A stretch of DNA of 64,000 bases from positions 128,001 to 192,000 of the forward strand of contig JAZJZK010000014.1 in the NCBI GenBank assembly GCA_040389905.1. Direction: 5' to 3'. Source of the stretch: Gemmatimonadota bacterium (lineage in GTDB: Bacteria > Gemmatimonadota > Gemmatimonadetes > Gemmatimonadales > Gemmatimonadaceae). The position numbers were made by a program, and so were the translations under genes. Below, in pieces: positions 27,660 through 38,070 of this stretch; position 1 is the first letter of the stretch, and each line of letters starts with the position of its first letter. The notes below the pieces were generated by a model. That model saw nothing but the letters and a program-made list of their open reading frames with translations. It had not been told where the DNA came from and did not search any database.

Positions 27660-29177
27660 CTACTCCTCCAGCATTGCATCCAGCGTTTCAACCACCGCGT
27701 CCATCTCGGCCCAGAACGCGCGCCCGTTCGTCTCCCACGCCGCCCACGCCTGCGCCACGGTCTGCGTCTCTGCGGACGCCTCACCAGCATTGGCCGCCGC
27801 TCGTTTCACATATAAGGGAATCGAGAGACTCCAGTCCTGTGCCGCGATCTCGTCGATCGTCGCCAAGGTCGCAAAACCCGCCTCGCTCGCGAAGGCATGA
27901 TACGCGGCGACGATACGCGCCTGATGCTCCGGCTTGAGGAAGCTCACCGCGCGCTCGCGCGTCACCTCGTTCAGCGCGTCGATGAGGAGGACCTTGCGTC
28001 GCCGCTGCTTCGGCTTGGTCGATCGACAGAAGACGACGCACGCCTCCATCGGCGAATTATAGAAGAGATTGGGGCCAAGTCCGAGCACGCAGTCCACGAG
28101 GTCTGCTTCGATGAGCTTGCGCCGAAGCTCGGCCTCTTCCTTCCGAAAGAGCACGCCATGCGGGAAGAGGACCGCACAGCGGCCGGTCTTGGGGTCCATG
28201 CTCTTGAGGATGTGCTGAAAGAACGCGTAGTCTGCGCGACCCTGCGGTGGCGTGCCGAGGAAGTTCCGGCCCCACGGATCGCTCGCCCACGCTTCGCGAT
28301 TCCATTGCTTGATCGAGTACGGCGGATTGGCGAGCACGACGTCGAAGGTCTTCAGCGCATCGTCCTCGACGAACGCCGGGGAAGCGAGCGTGTCGCCGCG
28401 CGCGATCTCTGAATCCTCCACGCCGTGCAGCACGAGATTCATGCGTGCAATCGACGCCGTCATGTGATTGCGCTCCTGACCGTACAACTTGAGCGTGCGA
28501 TGCTCCCCGCCCTTTCGTTTCACCTCATCGAGCGCCGAGATGAGCATGCCACCCGTGCCACAGGTGGGATCGTAGATGCGCTCGCCCGGCTTGGGATCGA
28601 GCATCTGTACCATCAGGTGCACGACGGTGCGGTTGGTGTAAAACTCCTGCGCGGTGTGACCGCTGTCGTCGGCGAACTTCTTGATCAGGAACTCGTAGCC
28701 GTTGCCCAGTTCGTCTTCCGGAACGTTCGCGAGCGAGAGCGTCTGACTCGAGACGTGTTCGAGGAGGTTCTTCAGCGTCGCATCGGGCAGCCGTTCCTTG
28801 TTCGTCCACTGTGCGTCGCCGAAGATGCCGTCGAGGCGGCCGGGGTTCGCGGCTTCCGTCGCGCGCATCGCCGATTGCAGCGCGCGCCCGACATCTTTGG
28901 CACTCGCGCGCACGTCGTTCCAGTGTGCGCCTTCGGGGATGACGAACCGATCGTTCGCGGTCGCCGACGCGTAGCCTGTGTCGTTCGATTCCGCGAACGC
29001 CGAGGCGTAGTCTCCGTCCCAGACGTCAGAGAGGCGTTTGTAGAAGAGCAGCGGAAAGACGAATTGCTTGTAGTCGCCGGCGTCGACGAGTCCGCGAAGA
29101 ATGACGGCGGCGCCCCAAAGGTACGACTCGAGTTCTTGCTGGTTCATGCGACGGGGAGGGAGCGTGGCGTCTGTCAC
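27660..29177 (-). CDS. hsdM: Type I methyltransferase subunit M2 (NPPY; predicted m4C)
   Basis: EFYTNR, YDPTCGTGGML, VLANPPY. GTG at 29177 overlaps the M1 stop (GTGA). Confidence 0.93.
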   Translation of the reverse strand: MTDATLPPRRMNQQELESYLWGAAVILRGLVDAGDYKQFVFPLLFYKRLSDVWDGDYASAFAESNDTGYASATANDRFVIPEGAHWNDVRASAKDVGRALQSAMRATEAANPGRLDGIFGDAQWTNKERLPDATLKNLLEHVSSQTLSLANVPEDELGNGYEFLIKKFADDSGHTAQEFYTNRTVVHLMVQMLDPKPGERIYDPTCGTGGMLISALDEVKRKGGEHRTLKLYGQERNHMTASIARMNLVLHGVEDSEIARGDTLASPAFVEDDALKTFDVVLANPPYSIKQWNREAWASDPWGRNFLGTPPQGRADYAFFQHILKSMDPKTGRCAVLFPHGVLFRKEEAELRRKLIEADLVDCVLGLGPNLFYNSPMEACVVFCRSTKPKQRRRKVLLIDALNEVTRERAVSFLKPEHQARIVAAYHAFASEAGFATLATIDEIAAQDWSLSIPLYVKRAAANAGEASAETQTVAQAWAAWETNGRAFWAEMDAVVETLDAMLEE

Positions 29178-30685
29178 TGAACCCACCCACCTTCGACCAT
29201 CACTCTTCGCAGCTCATCCTCTGCGTCCCGACACTTCGCCAGCGCGTCCTTGAATGCGGCGACCGCTTCCGGCAACGGCGGGATGTCCGCGCCAATGGGC
29301 GGTAGCACGTAGCGCGAGATGTTGAGCGTCCAGCCTTCTTTCTCGATCTCAGCGATGCCGACCACGCGCGCCTTATCCTCGACATCGCTGAACTGCTGGA
29401 CGAATGAGAGGATCTGCGAGCCATGCTCGCGCTCCATGAAGTTCTGGGCGCGTCCCTTCCGAAAGAGCGTCGACGCATCGACGACGAGCACCTTGCCCTT
29501 CCGCTTCGTTGGCTTCTTGCGTCGCAGCACGAGTACGCACGCGGCGAGACCGGTACCGTAGAACAGATTCGGCGCGAGCCCGATCACTGCTTCGATCAGA
29601 TCGCGTTCGATGAGATGCTTCCGGATCTGCCCTTCGACGCCACCGCGGAAGAGGGCACCCTGCGGCAGGACGACGGCCATACGTCCGGTGCGCGCAGCCA
29701 TGGACGTCACCATGTGTTGCACCCAGGCCATATCCGCGTTGCTATCGGTCGGGATGCCGGCGAAGGCGCGGCCCCACGGATCGCTTTCCCAGAGCTCGCG
29801 TCCCCACTGCGCGAGTGAAAACGGCGGGTTGGCGATGACCACATCAAAGGTCGCGAGACCGCCGGTGCTGGGATCGGTGAACACCGGATTGCGCAGCGTG
29901 TCCCCGCGCTCGATGACGAAATCCTCGATGCCGTGCAGGAAGAGATTCATCCGCGCGACGGCAGCGGTCGTCAGGTTCTTCTCCTGTCCGTGGAGCTTGC
30001 CGAAGAATGTCCGCGGATCTCCACCGCCCTCGCGGCAGTGCGCGACGGCGGCGAGCAACATGCCTCCGGTTCCGCAGGCGGGATCGTAGATGGTCTCGCC
30101 TTCCTTCGGGTCGAGAATGTCGACCATGAGTCGCACGACACTGCGCGGCGTATAGAATTCGCCGGCTTTCTTGTTCGTGGCGTCGGCGAACTGCTTGATG
30201 AGGTATTCATACGCGTCACCCATAACGTCGGACGCGACACGGTCATTGCCAAGCGAGAGCGCCGAGAAGTGCTCGATCAGATCCTTGAGAAGTTCGTCGG
30301 GGAGGCGGTCTTTGTTAGTCCACTGCGCGTCACCGAAAACCCCATACAGGTGCGCCTGGTTCGCGGCCTCGACGCAGCGCATGGCGTTGGCGAGTGCAGT
30401 GCCGACGTTCTTCGACGCACTCCGGACGCTGTGCCAGTGACAGCCAACGGGCACCTGAAAGCGGTGCTCGTCGGCGAAGTCCTCCCCGTACTCGGCGAGC
30501 ATCGCCGCATGCTCTTCATCCCACACATCGCAGACGCGCTTGAAGAACAGCAACGGCAGGATATAGGACTTCCAATCTGCGCGATCGACGGGACTACCAC
30601 GGAGAATGTTCGCCGCTTCCCACAGGTGAGACTCGAGGTCGGCTGCACTAATTGGGAGGGGCGGCGACAAATGTTGGCTGGTCAC
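29174..30685 (-). CDS. hsdM: Type I methyltransferase subunit M1 (NPPF; predicted m6A)
   Basis: GEFYTPR, YDPACGTGGML, VIANPPF. Confidence 0.94.
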   Translation of the reverse strand: MTSQHLSPPLPISAADLESHLWEAANILRGSPVDRADWKSYILPLLFFKRVCDVWDEEHAAMLAEYGEDFADEHRFQVPVGCHWHSVRSASKNVGTALANAMRCVEAANQAHLYGVFGDAQWTNKDRLPDELLKDLIEHFSALSLGNDRVASDVMGDAYEYLIKQFADATNKKAGEFYTPRSVVRLMVDILDPKEGETIYDPACGTGGMLLAAVAHCREGGGDPRTFFGKLHGQEKNLTTAAVARMNLFLHGIEDFVIERGDTLRNPVFTDPSTGGLATFDVVIANPPFSLAQWGRELWESDPWGRAFAGIPTDSNADMAWVQHMVTSMAARTGRMAVVLPQGALFRGGVEGQIRKHLIERDLIEAVIGLAPNLFYGTGLAACVLVLRRKKPTKRKGKVLVVDASTLFRKGRAQNFMEREHGSQILSFVQQFSDVEDKARVVGIAEIEKEGWTLNISRYVLPPIGADIPPLPEAVAAFKDALAKCRDAEDELRRVMVEGGWVQ

Positions 30686-31049
30686 GAGAGAGGCCGATCT
30701 GAAGAAGCTGGCACAGAATGTAACACCGAACTCCTACGGTGCTGGGTGTCCGCGCGCGCACCTTGGTCGCAATGCTTCCTATTGGCTTCCACAGTGACAT
30801 GTTGATCGCGGCGGGGGTGCGGCCCACATTCCAGGAAGATCTCCGCGGCGCGGCGGACGCGCTGGAGGCCGCATCCAACATCCAGAATTGAATCAAATCG
30901 GACGGCCGCCTCGCAATGCCCATCCGTCGCTCTCAAGGAACATTCAGGCGCGCTCGAGCACGGTGTTCGAGAGGCGGCACGCGGTGCCACGGTTTTTCAG
31001 GACTCGTGACCCGGTAGCAATTTACTCGCCTCCACCCACATCAGGCGTC

Positions 31050-32981
31050 ATGCCAACTTATTGCCATCTCCGTCTCACCTGCACTGCTGTCCTGCTGCTC
31101 ATGTCGACTCCCCGGCATGTGACGGCGCAGGAATACATCGGCAGATGGGCCGGCCGAGCTACACAATCTGGCCAATCGTTCGCGGTGACGATGACGCTGG
31201 AACGAACGGCGGGGAGCATAAACTATCCATCGGCAGGTTGCGGCGGGACTCTCACGCTGAAGGAACGCCGGGATGGACGCGACATCTTCAGCGAGAACTT
31301 GACGTACGGCGCGGCGAAATGCATGACCGGCCTACTCGTCCGTGTCCTCGCGAAGGGAGCCACTCTCGAGTGGGAAGAGATAACTCGGGATGGCGGTGTA
31401 GTCGCTACGGCACGGCTCGCACGGCAGGCGTCGCCGGACGTCACCGACGTCCAGCCGCTCGCAGGCGACCGATCGGGCCAGGTAGCCACGCGTGCGACGC
31501 AGGACGCTGGAAAGCTCAGGACGCTCAGCACACCTGACATCGTTCAAGTCGTTCCGTACCGCTCGCTGTACCCGGGCAAGCAACCGTGCGATGAGATCAT
31601 CGATCTCGCGCCGGATCATGTCGGCGTCATTACAATCGTTCTTCCATCCAGTGGCAGCAGCCTGCGGGCGCGCATTTTCTCGGACGCAGCCCATACGCGG
31701 CTCTTGGACATCAACCCGTCGAACGGAACATCGACGCGTGTCTGGGTGATTCCGGCAGGTCAAGTGTACAGACGGCTCTACATGGACGTTGCCTCCTCAT
31801 CCGGCGCGCCAGCGACCTATGAGATCTATGCCCACAGCTTCAATGCTCGCGAACAGCTTCAGAAGGCAATGCTGCAGACGTTTGGCGCGCAGATCCTCGC
31901 CTGGTGGATGACGAGCGGCGACAAGCCGGCGAGTACCAGTACCGAAGCGGCCGCCGGAGCTGTCGCCACTGCTGTCGTGTCGCTGCTGTCGGGCGCGGAC
32001 GCGTCGACCATCGCGACTGACGCCGCGCAGTCACTGATCGTCGGAGAGGTCAACCGCAAGCTCGGCACCGGCGTTGTTGGCGAAGCGATCACCAATACCG
32101 TCGTGAGCTTTCAGCGATCGTACACGGAGGCTATCCGCGACTACCGGCAGCCTCCTGCCGATTGGCAACCACGCATCGGTACGTTGAGCTGCATTGACCT
32201 GTGCTCGATCATGCTCCCGCACTATGTGAGCACGAGCAGCGTGGGCCACGTCACAGGCGCAGATGGCACGGTGCTGTGGGGCGACTATTCACGCGGCTCC
32301 TTCGAGAAGGCGGCGGAGGATGGCCAGATTTTCGCGCCACCGTGCGAAGCGCTCGAGCGCGCGCTCTGCCAGTCGGCGCTCGGCGTTGCGGACTTCCCGA
32401 GCGAGTGGCCGGCGCGAGTCGCAGAGCTGGCCGCGCGCCGACCCGACACCTACCGTGCGATGATCGATTCCTACAATCGTGCCTGCGCAGCCTCCCCCGA
32501 CGCAACCCGCGCGTTGGCTGCCAGCGCACTGCGGAAATTCAGCGACCCGCCAGCCGAGTCGCGGTTCCTGTCTGACCAACCAACCAGATCACAATCGAGT
32601 GGTACAAGGGCGGGCGCCCTGATCCACGCTTTAACACTTCGGCGCTATTCGCCCAATGGTGACTTCGGGGCGCCGATGGAGGTGGATTTCAGCCCACAGA
32701 TGTCCAGTCTGCTCCGTCCCTCCCTGCTTCAGGTCTTCAACCGGCGGGCACTCGTTCTCTCGTGCTACTATCAGGATCGGAATCCACGCCTGATGAACAG
32801 CGTGCACTATTGGTACGACAGTGCGCCCGCCACTTCTGATGAACTTCGCGCCATCCATGAATTCCATCCGCTCCTGCGGATCGGTGCGGCGCGACGATCC
32901 TGCCCCGGGACCCTCGATGAGGCGCACGGAACACAATTCGAGTACATCACGAGGGATCAAGCGCAAATCGTGAAGGCGTAA
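31050..32981 (+). CDS. Secreted multidomain hypothetical protein
   Basis: Long ORF; signal-like MPTYCHLRLTCTAVLLLMSTPRHVTAQ; N-terminal GxWxG...YPSAGCGGTL beta domain. Confidence 0.7.
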   Translation: MPTYCHLRLTCTAVLLLMSTPRHVTAQEYIGRWAGRATQSGQSFAVTMTLERTAGSINYPSAGCGGTLTLKERRDGRDIFSENLTYGAAKCMTGLLVRVLAKGATLEWEEITRDGGVVATARLARQASPDVTDVQPLAGDRSGQVATRATQDAGKLRTLSTPDIVQVVPYRSLYPGKQPCDEIIDLAPDHVGVITIVLPSSGSSLRARIFSDAAHTRLLDINPSNGTSTRVWVIPAGQVYRRLYMDVASSSGAPATYEIYAHSFNAREQLQKAMLQTFGAQILAWWMTSGDKPASTSTEAAAGAVATAVVSLLSGADASTIATDAAQSLIVGEVNRKLGTGVVGEAITNTVVSFQRSYTEAIRDYRQPPADWQPRIGTLSCIDLCSIMLPHYVSTSSVGHVTGADGTVLWGDYSRGSFEKAAEDGQIFAPPCEALERALCQSALGVADFPSEWPARVAELAARRPDTYRAMIDSYNRACAASPDATRALAASALRKFSDPPAESRFLSDQPTRSQSSGTRAGALIHALTLRRYSPNGDFGAPMEVDFSPQMSSLLRPSLLQVFNRRALVLSCYYQDRNPRLMNSVHYWYDSAPATSDELRAIHEFHPLLRIGAARRSCPGTLDEAHGTQFEYITRDQAQIVKA

Positions 32982-33215
32982 CGAGAAGAGCCCCCGGGCG
33001 TCGGAATACCTGCGGACCGACGAGCATGCGGCACGCGGTTAGCCGACCGCAAAGCCTCGCGAGCGCTAATGCGCGAGGAACGGAATGCGCGCGGTGCCCA
33101 ACGCCGCGTTCGTCCGGGCGTTCACCAGATCGACGGTGCTCCACGCTGCGGCGGGGATGATGAGCGTCGGGGAGGGCGCGAGTGATGTCCGTTGACGCGC
33201 ATGGTTCTGTCGGCC

Positions 33216-34964
33216 CTATCGAACATCGGGCAAGCTCACGGGGAAGTAGGCGCTGACCCGCGTCCCGGTGCTGGTGTTGGATTCGATCTGCAGCCCGCCT
33301 CCCGAACTCGCCATGACGCCGTACACGACGGAGAGCCCCAGTCCACGCCCTTCGGACAGGTCGTGCGTCGTGAAGAACGGCTCGCAGGCCCTCGCGAGGG
33401 AATCGGGCGCGATGCCGCAGCCGGCGTCCTCGACCTCGAGCACGGAGTACCGGCCCGGGGGCGGCGCGAGCGTCATCCCGTCGTGGGTCGCGGCTCGGGT
33501 ATCGTCATGAACTCGGATCGTGATCCGGCCGCCCTCCGGGCTGGCCTCGATGGCGTTCGAGACCAACTCCCGCAGGACCGCGGCGGCGGAGCTCGGCGCG
33601 ACGATCGCCTGACCACCCATCTCGTCAACCTCCCAAGCCATCTCGCGGGATCCGGCCGCCTGACCAACCAGCTCGCGCTGCGCCCGAACGGCTTCACGGA
33701 GCGAACTGTGCTCGGCGTCGAACGGGCGGTGGCCGCTGGCGAGGAGTAGGCGAGAGGCCAAGCCGGATGCCAGCCGCGCCGACTCGCCGATCTCTTGGCC
33801 GCTGGTGCGCAACTCCTCGTTCGAACCAGCCACGTCCACGACGAGCTCGGAGTTCATGAGTACGACGCCCATCAGATTGTTGATGACATGGGCGATGCCG
33901 CCGGCCAGCCGTCTCATCAGTTGCAGGCGTTCCGTCTGCTGCCGCTGCAGGGTCGCCGCCTCTTCGCGTGCGAAGCGCAGAATGACCGTTGTCGCGCCGA
34001 CCACTCGCGCCAGAAGCAGCAGGGCCATGGCGCCAAGGCCGACCGCCAGGGGGAATAGCGCCGGATCCGAGGGATGGCGCGTGGAGAGAACGAGCAAGGC
34101 ACTCACTCCGACGATCGCGGCCATCGGCAGCGGATTGAACGCCCGCACCTGCTCCGGCAGGAGCGGGATGTCGCTATTGGGTTGCGGGTCCCTCAGGAAG
34201 AACACCCCCGCGAACAGGAAAGCAAGGTAGTCTACGAAGAAGAGGCTGTTCGGCACGCGGAAATCAGCGCTCTGTCGGCCGAGGGCGTACTGCATGGCGA
34301 CCAGATACGTCGTCTCGATGATGATCGTGGCCGCGAGGCACCACACGGCGCGGCGGAGCGCTCGCCTCGGACCGCGGACCAGGATCAGGTTGAGGGCGAC
34401 CAGATTGGCCGCCGCCATGGCGTTGAACGCCAGCAACTGGAGCCGCGCCGCACGCGGCGCGTGGGCGAAGCCCGGCAGCGTCCAGACCGCGAAGATGGCC
34501 AGTGCCAGCCCGCCAACCGCGATGGCCGTGTCCGTCCCGAACTGCCACGCTGCGCCACGCCCGAGCCGCACCAGCGGGATCCTGAGCAGTGCGGCGATGC
34601 CAAGTGCCCAGATGATGACGTTCGAAACGACGCTGATGCCAGGCACCTGGGGGGTGGGTACACCGAGCGACGTAAGCAGGCGGACCAGGTTCCCGAGCAC
34701 CGCCAGCCCGATGCTCCCCACCAGCAGGGCCAGGGCCTGCCGCAGCCGAATGTCGAGGTCGCCCCGGCGCGCGGCTCCTGCCAGCAGCACCGCTGGCACG
34801 CCCATCACCAGCACGGCGGCCATCGTCCCGCCGGCATCGCCCTGCAGCGGTCCGAACGGGACCAGCCACGGCAGCAGGACGAGCACCAAGAGAACGGCGG
34901 TGGCGAGTACCAGCCATCTTTGCTCGCGCATAGACCGGCGGTGCTTGGTCGTGGAGAGGTTCAT
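33216..34964 (-). CDS. Membrane sensor histidine kinase
   Basis: About 9 hydrophobic segments; LAGGIAHVINNL H-box, ELVSNAIEA, VEDAGCGI, EPFFTT, GRGLGLSVV. Start uncertain. Confidence 0.88.
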   Translation of the reverse strand: MNLSTTKHRRSMREQRWLVLATAVLLVLVLLPWLVPFGPLQGDAGGTMAAVLVMGVPAVLLAGAARRGDLDIRLRQALALLVGSIGLAVLGNLVRLLTSLGVPTPQVPGISVVSNVIIWALGIAALLRIPLVRLGRGAAWQFGTDTAIAVGGLALAIFAVWTLPGFAHAPRAARLQLLAFNAMAAANLVALNLILVRGPRRALRRAVWCLAATIIIETTYLVAMQYALGRQSADFRVPNSLFFVDYLAFLFAGVFFLRDPQPNSDIPLLPEQVRAFNPLPMAAIVGVSALLVLSTRHPSDPALFPLAVGLGAMALLLLARVVGATTVILRFAREEAATLQRQQTERLQLMRRLAGGIAHVINNLMGVVLMNSELVVDVAGSNEELRTSGQEIGESARLASGLASRLLLASGHRPFDAEHSSLREAVRAQRELVGQAAGSREMAWEVDEMGGQAIVAPSSAAAVLRELVSNAIEASPEGGRITIRVHDDTRAATHDGMTLAPPPGRYSVLEVEDAGCGIAPDSLARACEPFFTTHDLSEGRGLGLSVVYGVMASSGGGLQIESNTSTGTRVSAYFPVSLPDVR

Positions 34965-35492
34965 GTACCCCGGCGTCGGCGTGCCGCCGAAGGCGTCGGT
35001 GCACTCTTTATGCCCATCCGAGTATCTGGGGGAGCCCACGACGCGTCACGCCTCGGGGCGGACGGCTTTCCATCGCCGTTGGCCGAGGCGACTGGAATGT
35101 AGGCGACTTGCGAGACGACGCTGGGCTTCCTAACGAGTGCCATGGTGCTTCTCTTGGATTGATTGATCCGAGGCCATTTATCCGTCTCGTCATCGTGGAG
35201 AGCAGGCGCAGCCCTTGGATGGAGCGATCGTTTCAGGTTCGTTGTACAAAAGGCTCGGCATCTCTGCGGCCACCCGCCAGTGTGGGCCGGCCACGAGCCC
35301 GAAACCCAGCATGATGAAGAGGGTCAGCGCGCGCCCCCGATAGCCCAGCGGCCTGCGGTCAGGTAACGCCTCCCCCTAGCGGCAATTCACCACCTTGGAG
35401 AAGGAATTCCCGCGCCGACTCTGAGTTCGACTCGGCTCAGTGAAGAGCTGCTTCAAGGCACGTAACCGTAGGAAGGGCTTCGCCTTACGATC

Positions 35493-35534
35493 CATCGGGA
35501 CGACGGGATTTGAACCCGCGACCCCCTGAACCCC
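35493..35534 (-). repeat. att-like duplicate of the tRNA-Pro 3' half
   Basis: CATCGGGACGACGGGATTTGAACCCGCGACCCCCTGAACCCC matches 38433-38474 at 41/42 nt. Confidence 0.9.
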
Positions 35535-35688
35535 TAATTCTGGCTAGGATGCTTCGGCATTTCCGGGATGGTATATGCCAAGACACCGGATGCGATCAGA
35601 TCGCCACCCGCCATAGGGGGATAGCCAGAAACCATGAGGGGATCGGCAGCCACCATGGGGGGAGAGGTCCTCCTGCGCGCCACAGCGC

Positions 35689-38070
35689 TCATCGCACCTT
35701 CAGCCGCTTCATGATGGCCTGGATGCGGGGGTCGGACCGAATGGAAGCGTAGAGCGAGTCCTCGAGCGAAAAACCGATCCCACCGACGTTCGAGGCAGCG
35801 CCCTTCACCAACCACTGGATCGCCGGCTCCCGATCGCCAAGCCTCATGAACGCGTTTGCGATCAGATCTTCCCGAACGTACTCCGTGTTCGAACGCATGA
35901 GCGCCTGACGCAGCGCGTCACGCCCGCCCGACGTGTCGCCCGCAAGAATGAGGTTGACGGCAAGGTACGCGAGATCCCGGCCACTCGGCGTGGGACCGGC
36001 CCAGCGCCGCCACGCGGCGGCAGCTCCTCGTCCGTCGTTTGCGGCTTGGTTCCGACGGGCTTCGCACTCGGCTGCCAGCCGTTCCTGTATGCGCGCGGCA
36101 CGCACGCATAGCACGCGCGCGCTGTCCGGTGACAGTTTCGCGAAATCGAGCGAAATGAAAAACGGGTTCCAAACACCAAACGAAAGTGGGTTGAGCCGCT
36201 GCGCCCGCTGCTCGACCGCGTGCGCGGAGTCCGGTAGATGCAGATAGTGGGTGAGAAGGAAAGGGTACCACGCGCCAGCCGCTACGTTGGCGGAATCCAT
36301 TTTCAGGGACTGCTCCAGCTGCTTTGATGCCGCAGCTGGATCATTTCCGTACGTCATCGACCACAAGCCCACCTGCGCATGCGCATCGGCAAGGGTGGGG
36401 TCGAGCGCCAGCGCACGTTCGGCAGCGCGACGTGCTTGCGGACCAGCCGTCGCCGCCGACACGAAGTCATCGGAACTGTAGCCCCACGCCTCGGCCAGCG
36501 CGGCCCACGCGTCGGCGTATGTCGAATCGAGCGCGATCGCGGCTTCCGCGTGCGAAGTGGCGGACGCGAGCGAGGCGGCCGTGAACTCGTCCGTCTCGAA
36601 TCGCGCACGTTGGACCAGTTGGTGCGCCTCGTTGTTGCGCGTTCCGCGCGCCCGCACGGCGGTGGTGGTCGCGGGCGACAGCGAGAGGTTGAGGGCGCCC
36701 GTAATGGCGGAAACGAGCTTGTCCTGAAGCGCGAACTGATCCTGGTCGCTCGCCTCGAAGGCCTCCGACCAGAGGAGGTCGTCGTTCGCGGCATTGACGA
36801 GTGACGCGGTCGCGCGGAGCTGCGTCCCGGACCGCGCGATCCTCACCATCACAATCGCCCCGACGCCAAGTTCCTTCCCCGCCTCGCGCACGGTGCGCCC
36901 ATGCATGACGCTCAACGGCGAGTAGGCCCGCACCGAGAGCCCCGGAATCTTCGACAGCTTGGTGGTCAGGTCGCTCGACAGCCCGTCAGCGAGAAAGGCA
37001 TGTGCTGTGTCTGCGCCGATGTCCGTCGGCAGCACGGCAATGCTACGCGGTTTCGCCGCACCGGCGATTCGCGTGGCGAGAAGCCAACTCGCGATCACGA
37101 TGACAACGACCACCGCCGCGATCACGCCCCACCGAAGCGAACCGCCACGAGACGCGTGGCTCGACCGTGCCAACGCCGTGGGCGGTTGCGCGCCGGTCGG
37201 CGACATTCCCCCATTCGGCGTCGTGATGTCGTCCAACGCGTGAACCACCTCGCTCGCGGTCTGCGGCCGGTCGGCCGGCCGTTTCTCCAGGCAACGCATC
37301 ACCAGCGCCGCGAGCGCGGGGGGCAACGTGGCGCGCCGGTTGCTGATCGCCTCGGGCACTTCGGTCACGTGCGCCGCCAGCACGTGCTGTGGCGTGCGGC
37401 CCGCGAAGGGCGGCTGCCCCGTCAGCAGTTCATATGCGAGCACGCCGAACGAATAGATGTCCGCGCGATGGTCGACACTGGGATCGGCGCTCGCCTGCTC
37501 GGGCGACATGTACGCCGGCGTGCCAAGCGCCACACCGTGCGAGGTGATGCTGCTGTGCTCCACTTTGCTCGAAGCGCTTAGCGCCTTCGCGACGCCGAAG
37601 TCCGTCACCATCGCGCTGCCACCAGAGAGTAGCACGTTGTCGGGCTTGATGTCGCGGTGCACGATTCCGTGGGCGTGCGCATAGGAGAGCGCGGACGCGA
37701 TCTCGCGCATCATGCGAATGGCATGGTTGACGGGCAACTCGCCGTGCCGCGCGAGGCGAACCCGCAGCGACTCGCCGTCCACGAAGGGCATCGTAAAGTA
37801 CGGCAAGCCGTTCGAGTCGCCCGCCGTGAGCAGCGGCACGATGTGTGGATGTTGGAGCCTGGCCGCAAGGAGAATCTCGCGCTTGAAACGTTCGAGTGAG
37901 ACCTGCGCGGCGGTTTCGGGCGGGAGCACCTTGATCACGACCTTGCGGTCGAGGGCGGTCTCTTCGGCGACGAACACGCGCGACATCCCACCGCCGCCGA
38001 GTTCGCGTTCAAGCGCGAAGCTTCCGCTCAGGGTCGCTTGAATCTGGTCGCGTAGATCAGAAGAAGGCAG
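35689..38070 (-). CDS. Hanks-type Ser/Thr protein kinase with TM, TolB-N-like and TPR regions
   Basis: ELGGGGMSRV, VVIKVL, HRDIKPDN, TDFGVAK, GTPAYMSPEQ, SIAVLP. Open frame extends up to CTG at 38070. Confidence 0.92.
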   Translation of the reverse strand: MPSSDLRDQIQATLSGSFALERELGGGGMSRVFVAEETALDRKVVIKVLPPETAAQVSLERFKREILLAARLQHPHIVPLLTAGDSNGLPYFTMPFVDGESLRVRLARHGELPVNHAIRMMREIASALSYAHAHGIVHRDIKPDNVLLSGGSAMVTDFGVAKALSASSKVEHSSITSHGVALGTPAYMSPEQASADPSVDHRADIYSFGVLAYELLTGQPPFAGRTPQHVLAAHVTEVPEAISNRRATLPPALAALVMRCLEKRPADRPQTASEVVHALDDITTPNGGMSPTGAQPPTALARSSHASRGGSLRWGVIAAVVVVIVIASWLLATRIAGAAKPRSIAVLPTDIGADTAHAFLADGLSSDLTTKLSKIPGLSVRAYSPLSVMHGRTVREAGKELGVGAIVMVRIARSGTQLRATASLVNAANDDLLWSEAFEASDQDQFALQDKLVSAITGALNLSLSPATTTAVRARGTRNNEAHQLVQRARFETDEFTAASLASATSHAEAAIALDSTYADAWAALAEAWGYSSDDFVSAATAGPQARRAAERALALDPTLADAHAQVGLWSMTYGNDPAAASKQLEQSLKMDSANVAAGAWYPFLLTHYLHLPDSAHAVEQRAQRLNPLSFGVWNPFFISLDFAKLSPDSARVLCVRAARIQERLAAECEARRNQAANDGRGAAAAWRRWAGPTPSGRDLAYLAVNLILAGDTSGGRDALRQALMRSNTEYVREDLIANAFMRLGDREPAIQWLVKGAASNVGGIGFSLEDSLYASIRSDPRIQAIMKRLKVR

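Noticed and set aside
30772..31000. Short protein-like fragment (HSDMLIAAGVRPTFQEDLRGAADALEAA) ending at TGA 30889
   Set aside because: It may be a pseudogene relic but is too short to assign without a search.
35493..35534. Second tRNA-Pro gene
   Set aside because: Only the 3' half is present; the D-arm and 5' acceptor strand are missing, so it is an att copy.
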